Origin: a virus
Virus record (IMG/VR): IMGVR_UViG_3300047369_000529
Coordinates: 1-64,000 of that record
Reading direction: 5' to 3' (one strand)
DNA length: 64,000 nucleotides
Below are positions 11,001 through 20,015 of the stretch, piece after piece (positions within the stretch are counted from its first letter, which is position 1; the number at the start of each line of letters is the position of its first letter). The translations under genes were made by a program, and so were the position numbers. Below the pieces are notes generated by a model. It saw only the letters and a list, made by a program, of their open reading frames with translations, was not told the origin of the DNA and did no database searches.

Positions 11001-11784
11001 ATCTGAATATGATAGTGGTCTTTTCTTATCAAAATTTCATCCACTAGTTCAAGACGCTACCGGAGATGAACAAAATTCCGGAATGAATTTAAGTGAAATT
11101 ATTTCAACAGGCGCAGTGTCAATGCCAAAATATGCGGTAAAAAGATCTAACGATCAGCTAGGAGGCAAATTACAAACGGCATATCAACCTCTTACGATTA
11201 CTTTTAGAGATGGTAGCGAATCTGGACCTAAAGATAATAGCGGTACAGTTATAGCTAGAAAATCTATTAAAAACTCATTTACAGAGGAAGACAAATATTT
11301 ATTAGGTGGTCTTTCTTGTGGATCTTTCTTATATCTTTCACCTATAAATCAAGAAAGTTTATCAGTAGATGGTCCTACAAAATATGGTAAAAAAATAGTA
11401 GAAGGTGGAAGCCAAAATGCGATTTCAGTAGATATGGTATTTCAGTATAGAATGACCGATTACTTTGGAAAGAACGCAACAGGTAAAGGTAGATTAGGTG
11501 GAATATATGGAAACACATTCTCAAACTTGACATATTCTAAGAAAATAGGACTAGACATCATAGATACTTATAAAAATGAGTTTAGGTTTGATGTTGAAGT
11601 ATACGCTAAATATAGAGCAGTTGGAACAAATAAGAACAGTATTAATAAAGTAATGCTTACTAAATACCGTGCTTCAGGAAGTGGAATAACTAACTGGTGG
11701 TGGAATAGAAGAAGATTCTTTACCGGTTACAATGACTTCTATTCATCTAGACTTTATGACTTTGACGCTCGCCCATTCAGGTAA
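8011..11784 (+). CDS. large putative virion structural protein
   Basis: 1257 aa; Lys-rich coiled coil and FN3-like segment (ELMVKSVSEAG..ESEWS). Confidence 0.45.
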   Translation: MSASNSISHLLEQFLELNTNSLETFERINEAISTDKETVTIDLFDNRTGEMTAIQIPAFGFLKREIERIDKNLTSISGLDTSSANVRLKDGSYRRIHTSKLKGPSAPITNLATPKEFNTKLNDFFEDFLNPLLTINLDVKGQIPVDTERVYTERFIFDKDHVSSTEAFDEIFKGQNDVNYSKFISKIKEDGLKYRIDAETVDMPIRSIQYNGELDVLKVENVQKTLLVDGITQTKTVKVYTLNKLTYSDSNKEMKDTESLKVGDSLVVNTKEYNTRYRVSSIDSSTSQVELSLMEGYAPIKIGAKALRIYKDIDASVSIDVKVGFDERQVVFVKPIDPISKIPATDFSPGIAFYSNELTIQNEDGIVTTLAKYYKEEVADFGQFIKALKVDYIPPASEGLIPDSPEVEVDNFKVTQINKHLTDNASVEKVKKIKADKVKAKEVIKKLDTTIKKKRKLIATKKFSSKIERNREKNELVSLVREKEAETKVFSSSVSEIKAIAESNELPKVTPKYRVRGFWSIPDAKKVGDEISQEVVQFVARYRYISATGKTSVIEQIKFNKKTAAFSNWVEVKGPIRKREKQADGGYRWIIESEEDSQAINFNSIDLPIQPGEKIELMVKSVSEAGFPQTPVESEWSEIITIPFPEGEIATDGANTLVNQNDLDNVKVEINDDLESQGLFTHLDDGFTAGDTYYAHQADTVASGFLTGEQTPISVYDKLLELQNQLERLQAQVSGAVGELQVKIIDEDGDVTLVKNNSTAKIFAGYYVDDAPTGETKGYIVTKNFKIELHNTKASDLELCARIVGDLKQPAYISTSEQEFGLGIIDLSTGNLKPASDAAPDSMVSNDSYYTQEARYDQVPVVYQNLTGDANSYNHFADSPDQSTQLNGQFVYSRFKNLANNGNLYSTTNPDADATRKANLTGVTTAEYGLSYTVSGTTGIQDRTHLRDFTNASFTAIHTGLTSDLGGSDDFIWNGTFNGLGNTGDSPDVVSISQLGASEYDSGLFLSKFHPLVQDATGDEQNSGMNLSEIISTGAVSMPKYAVKRSNDQLGGKLQTAYQPLTITFRDGSESGPKDNSGTVIARKSIKNSFTEEDKYLLGGLSCGSFLYLSPINQESLSVDGPTKYGKKIVEGGSQNAISVDMVFQYRMTDYFGKNATGKGRLGGIYGNTFSNLTYSKKIGLDIIDTYKNEFRFDVEVYAKYRAVGTNKNSINKVMLTKYRASGSGITNWWWNRRRFFTGYNDFYSSRLYDFDARPFR

Positions 11785-11804
11785 TATCTCGCTGTAACGA
11801 AGCA

Positions 11805-11813
11805 AGATATATA
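11805..11813 (+). promoter_or_regulatory. putative late promoter AGATATATA
   Basis: Intergenic, 28 bp before 11842. Confidence 0.55.
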
Positions 11814-11841
11814 CTCTAACAAAAATAGAGTCTATTCATAA

Positions 11842-14800
11842 ATGGCGAAAATTATTAACACAGCGGTAAAGAATAGTTTACATAAAAACAAATCATTTGC
11901 CTTATTAAGAACTAATCCAAAGCTTACGTCTAACGTAAAGCTAGTTACGGATTCTAATGAAGATATTTATTTGAGTTCAATAAAGGCGAGTAGAACTCTA
12001 TCTCAATCTGAATTTCAAAAATATCCTATATCTGACTCCGGTCAATATTGTAGGGATGTTTCTCAATTTTATGGAAGACTAAGTAAAGATGAAAGATATA
12101 GACTCGGAAGAGAGTTTACCGATTTAGGCGTATCTTCTGATTATTCTACACAATACGAGAATTTATATAATTATGGAGCTTCTTTTAACTTTACAAAGGT
12201 ATATGATGAGCAGTGTAGAATATTCGCTCCGATATGGTTAGAAGAAAGCGTTCCTGAAAAATTTGTTATTTACAGGGTTAAAGATGTTGATTTTAAAGAA
12301 AACATAGGGGAAGGTGTAGAAGGTCAAAATTCTAGAATTCAAGAAATGCTGTCAAATGCAACTCTTATTAAGACGTTTGATTTGACTAATAATTCAAAAT
12401 TAGGTAGATATTTAAATAGCCATATTAACGATCCTCTTCTTCCAAAGTCACACATAGATTTTAATTTCGAATTAGATGACCCTACGTATTTTAATGGTAT
12501 TGATGTAATGTTGGGTGGATTTATAGAAAAGTCTGACTATATTGACGACGATTATATAAAAGAAGATCTTCCAGAAATATTAGCAAATAACACTTTAACT
12601 ACGAGCTTTGAAAGAAATGGAATAATTTCACATAATGTTTTTAATTTAGAATTTTTATTTGATGATAATGATGCTAATGATTATGAAATTTACAGATATT
12701 TCGGATTATTCGTAGATGTTCATGAAGAAGGAAAGGTTTTAGTTAACTCGGTAAATACACACGGATATTTAAACTTAGATGGCTCTGTTGATAGCGATAA
12801 TTTACCTTCTCTTACGGATATTACACAGCCTATTTTAGGATGGGTAAAAGATTCTAATCAAAACTTTCATAATATATTAAATAGATTTAGAAAAACCAGG
12901 TTAAATGGTAATCAAATCCTTACTTCATATAGAGGTGATTCTTCTTTATTTGTAAATAAAGTAAAGAACCCTTTTAATACGCCTGTAATAAGTAAAGAAC
13001 CCTTTAACGGGTTTATCGAGCTAGATATAATTCAATCTCCTTCTCATAATGACAAAATATTTTTAGGAGACCTTTTAGAAATTAGTATAGAAAACTTTAA
13101 TTTAGGAGACTTTATTTTAATAGCAGATGAAAATCTACAAATAGGTACTTTTGAAGAAAATAGATATTCTGCACAGGGTAATACTTCTCAAATTGCAGCG
13201 GCATTAGCTGCAGCTATAAGGAATGCAGAAGTAATACCATATAAAGCCACGTCTATAAAAAACAAAGTTATTATAGACGATTATTCTCAGGGTAGAAATA
13301 AAAATACTACGGTTTTCGGAATACATTCTTCTAATCCGTATGTTTTTATTAATATGCAAAGCTCTACTAATGCTAATGAAATTTTTGAAAAAAAGTATAA
13401 TGAGTTTATCAGTGAAGGTGGAACCGTAACGGGAGGATTGTCTCTTGGAGATTATGAAATCTACACAATGATTGGAGGATGTGCTGTTTCACAAGGAATA
13501 CTTATATCTGAATTAGAAATAGGTAACGTTAGAATAGGAGATTATGTTAAAGAAAAAAACAAAGATGTTTTTGTAAAAATAATAGAAATAGTTAAAGACC
13601 CTTATTCTGATAATTATAGGGTTATTTTTGATAAGCCTGTTAATTTTTCGTCTGATTTAGATCTAATCTCTTATACTTTATATGAAACTCCATTTGGAAA
13701 GTTTTCTGCATATGATTTTAAAGATTTTAATTTTGATTTTTACGACACCTCAAACTCGGATACGTCTGCATTAGATTTAGAGAGCATTCAATATAAAAAT
13801 GATGAAGATAAATTTTCAGTTTCTAGTGCATATTCCGTTTCTGTATTAGAACCGAATCAAGGTAGTAATACATTTACAGGTCCTGATTGGGCTGTAATTA
13901 TTTCAGGAGGAAACTTTAGAGATTTTATTAAAAAAGGAGACTTTTTAAAATCATCTACCGATGGAGAATATGTACAGGTTAAAGAAGTTTTTTGGACGGG
14001 AGATTCTTATAACGTTACTAGAATATCTTTAGATGGTGAACCTTGGTCGGGTTACACTATACCTGTCGCCCAGATTAACGAAGACTCTGAAATTGTTTAT
14101 AGACCTGGAGATGATTCTTTAAATTCATTTAAATTTAAATCTTTGACTGGAGTCATTGCAGACGATGGTACTGAAAACGATGTTGATTCTAATGTAATCC
14201 AAAGTGAATATGACAGGTTAAATGAAAATAATTTAAAAGAAACTTCTATAAATTCTAGAATAATTCCAACAATATGTAAATTTTCGTTGAAGAATTCTAC
14301 AAATTCTAGAAATTTACCTTATATTTTAAATGTCAATGAGGCATTTGGTGTAAATAATTTATCTTCTGATATTTCTATTTTTTCTGATAGAGATCCTCAG
14401 AAATTAAACATGGAACATTTCTATTTGTTAAACATACCTTCATATTTAAAAAATGAAAACAGCATACCACTTATTAGAGATTATGTGGAAGTTGGAAATA
14501 CAAAAGGAACCTATGAATATCTTTCAGATTCATTTAAAGATACGTCCTTTGACTATTTTAGTTATTTTATGAATTATACAGGCGGTTTTGATTCTAATGA
14601 AAACTGGGTAAATGCAATTCCACACCAAATGTATACTATATTTGGAGAAGGAGATTCTATGAATTTTTCTTCAAGCGTATTTAAAGGTCTAAGATATGTA
14701 TATAAAGACAGAAAGGAATTTGAATTAGATGAACCTATTTCATTTACACCTTCTTCATCTGTTAATGGATATAAGATGTCTACTATATTGTGCTATCATA

Positions 14801-16620
14801 CGCCAGATGAAGACGCAAACCCAGCTGAAGAAGATATAAACGATGATGTTAAAATAGAAGTAATTAAAAACGATAAATTTAAAACAATATCTATTTTAAT
14901 TAACCTTAGAGTTTCTATAAATGATGTAAAAGAATTAGATAGATATTTGCTATACACTCTTGAAGATTTAAAAAGAGGTGACGAAGTAAAGAACACTAAA
15001 ATTCGTGGATTTTTAGAATTTGGAGGTACTTCTTCATGGGGAGACGGAACAGGTACTACAGAAATACAATCTTCTGCTCAATCAGTAGGTCTAGATGCAC
15101 CTAGATTCTCACAAGACATATTTAAAATAAATGAAGAATATTCATACATACTATTTGATGCTCCAGGGTATGGAATGTATGCACTTGAAGTTGTTTCGGT
15201 AATAGACGATAACAATATAATAGTTACTGATCAGGCATATAAATGGACGGTAGAAGGAGTTGATAAAAATATATCACTGCAACAACCTAGTATAATTCCT
15301 AACAATACACCCCTAGAATATGCAGGAGGCGGTGAAAGAGGATGGAACAACATTTTACAAGATATTACTTCCTATGGGCTTTCAAATAGAATAAACTCGA
15401 ATAGAGAAATTGATTATGTTACTGTTTCCGAATTAGGTGAAATTTCAAACAACGATTATGTTATTCATATAGAAGACGGTGTTGAATTTATAAAAACTTC
15501 AATATTGACTGTAGAAACTGATGATGATAAACCAAAGGCTTTTAAAATAAATAATAAGGAAATAGGATATGATTTAGTTGCGAGAGAAGATGGAGGTTAT
15601 TATACTACTTTAAAAAGAATGAATGGTTCATATGATCCATTGTTTAGAGATGTTATAACTTTTACATCTCCTTATGAAAAGTACAAATTCATAGACACCG
15701 ATCTTGTAAGTACATGGGAGAATACTAGCAGAAATCAATGGGCTCGAAGTGAAGAAAATGCATATCATGATTATATAAGATATAATAGATTTTCAGGAAT
15801 AAATTGCATGTTCTCTTCTAATTTAAAATTAAACGATAACTATGGTTTTATTAAAAATTTCTTTTTCCACAAGGTAAATGAAGAAGGAGGAACAGTTGTT
15901 AAATTAAGCCAAGAAACCGATAAATTACCACTATACCCTCTGATTGGAGAAATAGCAATAGATAAAAAGGATTTAAATTTATTTAAAAGTAAATACTCTA
16001 ATGATTATTACACTAGATCCTATGGAGGTTCTAGGTCGGTTCCAGTAAGTGGTACACTAAGTCCCATAGAAGAAAGATCATTCATGGCATCTACTATAAT
16101 GAAAGTTAAGAATGAATATAATATTTCTTCATATGACACTATTTATGTTTCATCTTTAACTGAACTGGATATAATTAGATATGATGAAAAAGAAAACGAA
16201 GGAGCATATTTCTTTGAAGATTCTCAAAAAATATACATAGATTTTTATGTAGCTGATTCTTTTATTAAAGAGCTAAAAGAGGATAAAATTACTTCTTATT
16301 ATAATAGATATGTAAAACCTAAATCTTCATTTGGAGATAAGACAACGCTAGAAGACGATGTAAATATTTACATTAGAGAAAACATTATTCCAAGATTTTT
16401 AATAGATTCTATAAAAATATATGGAAAGCAGATTGCTGGTTCTTCATCCGAGTTAAATAGTATTTCTGATGTAGAAGACATTTTTTCAGGAGGATATCTT
16501 GAATTGACTAATTTTGAAATTAGAAGTTTTGCGGAAAAGCCCCTGGACTTTAGATTAATATATAATAAAAAACCCGGATATTCCTATAAATTAAGAGTCC
16601 ATTCTAAAATAATTGCATAA
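11842..16620 (+). CDS. very large putative baseplate/tail structural protein
   Basis: 1592 aa, acidic, in structural cluster, preceded by the AGATATATA motif. Confidence 0.45.
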   Translation: MAKIINTAVKNSLHKNKSFALLRTNPKLTSNVKLVTDSNEDIYLSSIKASRTLSQSEFQKYPISDSGQYCRDVSQFYGRLSKDERYRLGREFTDLGVSSDYSTQYENLYNYGASFNFTKVYDEQCRIFAPIWLEESVPEKFVIYRVKDVDFKENIGEGVEGQNSRIQEMLSNATLIKTFDLTNNSKLGRYLNSHINDPLLPKSHIDFNFELDDPTYFNGIDVMLGGFIEKSDYIDDDYIKEDLPEILANNTLTTSFERNGIISHNVFNLEFLFDDNDANDYEIYRYFGLFVDVHEEGKVLVNSVNTHGYLNLDGSVDSDNLPSLTDITQPILGWVKDSNQNFHNILNRFRKTRLNGNQILTSYRGDSSLFVNKVKNPFNTPVISKEPFNGFIELDIIQSPSHNDKIFLGDLLEISIENFNLGDFILIADENLQIGTFEENRYSAQGNTSQIAAALAAAIRNAEVIPYKATSIKNKVIIDDYSQGRNKNTTVFGIHSSNPYVFINMQSSTNANEIFEKKYNEFISEGGTVTGGLSLGDYEIYTMIGGCAVSQGILISELEIGNVRIGDYVKEKNKDVFVKIIEIVKDPYSDNYRVIFDKPVNFSSDLDLISYTLYETPFGKFSAYDFKDFNFDFYDTSNSDTSALDLESIQYKNDEDKFSVSSAYSVSVLEPNQGSNTFTGPDWAVIISGGNFRDFIKKGDFLKSSTDGEYVQVKEVFWTGDSYNVTRISLDGEPWSGYTIPVAQINEDSEIVYRPGDDSLNSFKFKSLTGVIADDGTENDVDSNVIQSEYDRLNENNLKETSINSRIIPTICKFSLKNSTNSRNLPYILNVNEAFGVNNLSSDISIFSDRDPQKLNMEHFYLLNIPSYLKNENSIPLIRDYVEVGNTKGTYEYLSDSFKDTSFDYFSYFMNYTGGFDSNENWVNAIPHQMYTIFGEGDSMNFSSSVFKGLRYVYKDRKEFELDEPISFTPSSSVNGYKMSTILCYHTPDEDANPAEEDINDDVKIEVIKNDKFKTISILINLRVSINDVKELDRYLLYTLEDLKRGDEVKNTKIRGFLEFGGTSSWGDGTGTTEIQSSAQSVGLDAPRFSQDIFKINEEYSYILFDAPGYGMYALEVVSVIDDNNIIVTDQAYKWTVEGVDKNISLQQPSIIPNNTPLEYAGGGERGWNNILQDITSYGLSNRINSNREIDYVTVSELGEISNNDYVIHIEDGVEFIKTSILTVETDDDKPKAFKINNKEIGYDLVAREDGGYYTTLKRMNGSYDPLFRDVITFTSPYEKYKFIDTDLVSTWENTSRNQWARSEENAYHDYIRYNRFSGINCMFSSNLKLNDNYGFIKNFFFHKVNEEGGTVVKLSQETDKLPLYPLIGEIAIDKKDLNLFKSKYSNDYYTRSYGGSRSVPVSGTLSPIEERSFMASTIMKVKNEYNISSYDTIYVSSLTELDIIRYDEKENEGAYFFEDSQKIYIDFYVADSFIKELKEDKITSYYNRYVKPKSSFGDKTTLEDDVNIYIRENIIPRFLIDSIKIYGKQIAGSSSELNSISDVEDIFSGGYLELTNFEIRSFAEKPLDFRLIYNKKPGYSYKLRVHSKIIA

Positions 16621-16623
16621 CAC

Positions 16624-19600
16624 ATGAACATAAGAATCAAAGAACTTTTTAAGAGTGATCTAGATCCTAACAGCAATGAATGGTGGTCAAAGGATAAAAT
16701 TGATAAAATAAATTTTAATTTTAACCTTCTTAGAAATGGAGGTCCATTGGGTCCATCTGGATTAGAAGGTCCTAATGGAGTTGAAGGGGATAAGGGTGAA
16801 ACGGGAACTGAAGGAAATCAAGGTCCATTTGGTTTTCAAGGAATTGTAGGTCCTTCGGCTGTTGGAAGCTGGAAAAGCACAATACTTAACGGCGTTGATG
16901 AAAATGGAAATAATTATTATCAAAAGGTAATTTGGCCATCTGTTCAAATCGGAGTTGCAGGTATGGCTATTCCCGTAATCGGTACCAATTCTAACTTAGA
17001 CGCCAATGGAGATTATCTAAGTCCATGGTATGGAACAACTGCAACAACCCCTATAAACCTTGCTGGCAATGGAGCCTTTAATGTTTTAACAAATGGAGCG
17101 GCTTCTATTCCATCACAGGGATGGTACTCTTCAGCATCATCTTTTTCATTAGATAGTGACGACAGTTCTCACTATTTTAATTTTGGAATAAATAATGTGT
17201 CTGATCCAATTCTTGGAACAGTGGCTAATTCTGTTTTCGAAATAAAGCCCAACGACGCCAGTTCCGGTTATAGATATGAAATAGACTTTCAAAGGAATAT
17301 TAATTTTAATTTTATTTCTAATTTTGGAAATATTAATACTTTAGGTGAAAACTCTGTAATAAATTATCCTTTATACGTAGATGCAACTCAACCTGGTAAA
17401 AAAGTAGAATTTGTAGTAGGAGGCTTAAAATTTAATCACCAAGCTAATTTAAATAATGTATTAAAATCAAATGATAATATAGGAACTGTTACTTGGGAAA
17501 ATGTTTCAAGTTTATTTTCAGTGTTACCTATAGGATCTATTGTTAAAATACCTTCTACTTCTTTTAATTCTTCTAATTTTTATACCGATAATGCAACTGT
17601 TACAGATTTAAGTACAGGTGGAACGACTAACATTAGAACGAACTTTGGAGCAGGTAGGCCAGATGGAATGTTTGGCGCATGGTATTTATGTAATGGTAGA
17701 AAATGGGGAGATGGCGGAATTATATCATATGATACCCCTAATTTAAATGGATTTCATTATACATTGGGAGTGTCATCTACGTCTAATCCCGGAAAAAGCA
17801 TATATGGAGGATCTGAAACTTCTCTTTCAACCGATACTAGCACAGGTGTTATTACACAGTCTCATCAATCAGGGTCTCAAAGCGGAAGATACCCGGGCAA
17901 TATTCAAAATAATTCCGGAGATGAAAAGCATATCGTATTTGGAGAACATGTTAGTATTATTTTTTTAGGCAGTTATGGATATGAATGGGGTAATTTAGAT
18001 TCTACAGCTGAAACAACAGACTTTTCAGCAGGGTACCATGAATATGTCGATTCCCCTGATCAAGATGGTTTTGATATTTCAGCAAGATATGCAGCTTCTC
18101 TTAATCCTGTAACGCGACAGTGGACTGCTGATATAAGCGGAGGTACTTCAATAGATACCTTTTGGCTAAGTGACGCTTCTTTTACAACCGATGGAACTAG
18201 CAATCCTTCATCTTCGACAGGTATTAGAGTTTATGAAAATGGAATTGAAGTTGATGACGGATGGTTTTTTAGAGAACATTCGGCAGTACCTGGCGGAATA
18301 GCAAGATATTATGAAAATGGCACAGGATTCACAGGTTTAAAACATGTGTTCGAACCCCAACAGAGTTGGATGTGGTATGGAGAAGGTCTATGGGATGTTG
18401 ACGGAAATTCAGTTGATATTTTTCAAACAACATATAATAATGAACCCGTTTCTCTAGCAACCATACAAAATAGTAATAATCCTGTTTTTGTTGAAATGCA
18501 TGTGTCTAGTGATTTTCAAGGAAATCCTACCGCTAATAGTCAAAATTCAAACACTAACGATCCTGATTTTACAGATTATGAGTCAAATTCTCATATATGG
18601 TCAGTTAATTCTTCTAATCAGATTGTAATTCCTACAACTGGATGGTGGAGAAGCGTTACATATACAGATGCCTTTACAGGTAGTTATAATATATCCATAC
18701 CTGCCGGTTATCAATTGACTTATAGAAAATATTGGAATAATTCAGACAACGAATTTAAAGGCGCTACGATTAAAGATAATTATATTCCTTACAATAGGAC
18801 ATGGCACCTAGCTAGTGGTGCAAATTCAAGTAGTGCAGCATGTGATACATCAGGAACAAATTCATTAACATTCTATGCTAGAGACGCCCATGGTACACTT
18901 GCAGGAAATGCAGTTAGTTTACCTTTTTCTAATTTTTCTGCTATAAATTTTAACTTTATTACAGATCAAATATACGTAAGAGGAGATGCATCTCATTCGT
19001 CTGGTACAACCTCCCTAGCTGACACGGGAAAACACCCTCTAGTCCTAGTAAAAGACGGTCCTATAATAGGGGAGCAACCAAACATAGTTATCGCTGATTC
19101 ACTTTCTTCAGAATATAGAGAAATTAATTCTAATTCTATGGCTCCTACTTTATCAGATTGTAGTGGAGGCTCCGGATTCGGCTCCGGCTATGTGTTTAAC
19201 TTCACAGATATTAATCCAGAATTTGGCGTCGGTAACGGTACCGTCGTTGCAGAATTTGAGTGGGATGGGCCTGGTTTGAGTACATCTAATTTTAGTTTAA
19301 CTAATCTACCTACAGGAGTTTCGGGTAGTATAGGCAGTGTAGATAATAGTAATGAAACGGTAAATGTTAATTTGACATCAAATACAAATAACGGAATAAA
19401 TCGCGATGTTACCCTTAGTCTTACAAATATTAACTATCAGATGTCACAGACCGGTACTACCTCTATTCAATTTAACTGGGGACCATGTCACGTAGAAGGA
19501 ACATTAATAACTATGTCAAACGGTAAATTTAAAAAAGTTGAAAACTTACAAATAGGAGACAGCTTATCTTCATATAAAATAGGTGGATTAAGAGAAAGTG

Positions 19601-19956
19601 GAGAATGGAGAAATTTTAAGGTAAATAAACTAATTAAAGAAGCCTCAACAGTTACAGTTGTAAACATAGTAAAAGGAACACATATATCATATATGGATAT
19701 TAATAAAGGTCTAACTAAAATAACGAGTGAACACCCTGTTTTGGTAAAACACAATAATATAATTCAATTTAAGCAGGCTGGTAAAATATCTTTAGGAGAA
19801 TTTATATATGTAAATGAAAAATGGACTAAGGTTTTCAGTAATGAATATGTAAAAAAGACATCTAATACTTATAGTATAGATGTTGAAGCAGATGATGTTT
19901 ATATAGCTGATGGTGTGCTTTGTCATAATCAGGAACAAGAACAGAAATATAACTAA
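16624..19956 (+). CDS. tail fibre protein with collagen repeat, tail-collar-like domain and C-terminal Hint (intein-like) domain
   Basis: G-X-Y repeats near N-terminus; PIGSIV...WYLCNG...TPNLN collar-like motif; C-terminal CHVEGTLITM...ITSEHP...VYIADGVLCHN. Confidence 0.75.
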   Translation: MNIRIKELFKSDLDPNSNEWWSKDKIDKINFNFNLLRNGGPLGPSGLEGPNGVEGDKGETGTEGNQGPFGFQGIVGPSAVGSWKSTILNGVDENGNNYYQKVIWPSVQIGVAGMAIPVIGTNSNLDANGDYLSPWYGTTATTPINLAGNGAFNVLTNGAASIPSQGWYSSASSFSLDSDDSSHYFNFGINNVSDPILGTVANSVFEIKPNDASSGYRYEIDFQRNINFNFISNFGNINTLGENSVINYPLYVDATQPGKKVEFVVGGLKFNHQANLNNVLKSNDNIGTVTWENVSSLFSVLPIGSIVKIPSTSFNSSNFYTDNATVTDLSTGGTTNIRTNFGAGRPDGMFGAWYLCNGRKWGDGGIISYDTPNLNGFHYTLGVSSTSNPGKSIYGGSETSLSTDTSTGVITQSHQSGSQSGRYPGNIQNNSGDEKHIVFGEHVSIIFLGSYGYEWGNLDSTAETTDFSAGYHEYVDSPDQDGFDISARYAASLNPVTRQWTADISGGTSIDTFWLSDASFTTDGTSNPSSSTGIRVYENGIEVDDGWFFREHSAVPGGIARYYENGTGFTGLKHVFEPQQSWMWYGEGLWDVDGNSVDIFQTTYNNEPVSLATIQNSNNPVFVEMHVSSDFQGNPTANSQNSNTNDPDFTDYESNSHIWSVNSSNQIVIPTTGWWRSVTYTDAFTGSYNISIPAGYQLTYRKYWNNSDNEFKGATIKDNYIPYNRTWHLASGANSSSAACDTSGTNSLTFYARDAHGTLAGNAVSLPFSNFSAINFNFITDQIYVRGDASHSSGTTSLADTGKHPLVLVKDGPIIGEQPNIVIADSLSSEYREINSNSMAPTLSDCSGGSGFGSGYVFNFTDINPEFGVGNGTVVAEFEWDGPGLSTSNFSLTNLPTGVSGSIGSVDNSNETVNVNLTSNTNNGINRDVTLSLTNINYQMSQTGTTSIQFNWGPCHVEGTLITMSNGKFKKVENLQIGDSLSSYKIGGLRESGEWRNFKVNKLIKEASTVTVVNIVKGTHISYMDINKGLTKITSEHPVLVKHNNIIQFKQAGKISLGEFIYVNEKWTKVFSNEYVKKTSNTYSIDVEADDVYIADGVLCHNQEQEQKYN
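19486..19929 (+). other. Hint / bacterial intein-like (BIL) autoprocessing domain
   Basis: Block A Cys (CHVEGTLI), block B TxxH (TSEH), block F (TYSIDVE), block G HN; about 148 aa; no endonuclease. Confidence 0.85.
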
Positions 19957-19982
19957 TAATTATTAAGATATAGTACTAATAC

Positions 19983-19991
19983 AGATATATA
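19983..19991 (+). promoter_or_regulatory. putative late promoter AGATATATA
   Basis: Intergenic, 24 bp before the second fibre gene. Confidence 0.55.
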
Positions 19992-20015
19992 AACCATAAA
20001 TAATAAAAAGAAGTA

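Noticed and set aside
19486-19929. Canonical mobile intein
   Set aside because: No homing endonuclease, +1 residue is Gln, and the C-extein is only 8 aa, so it was called BIL/Hint instead.
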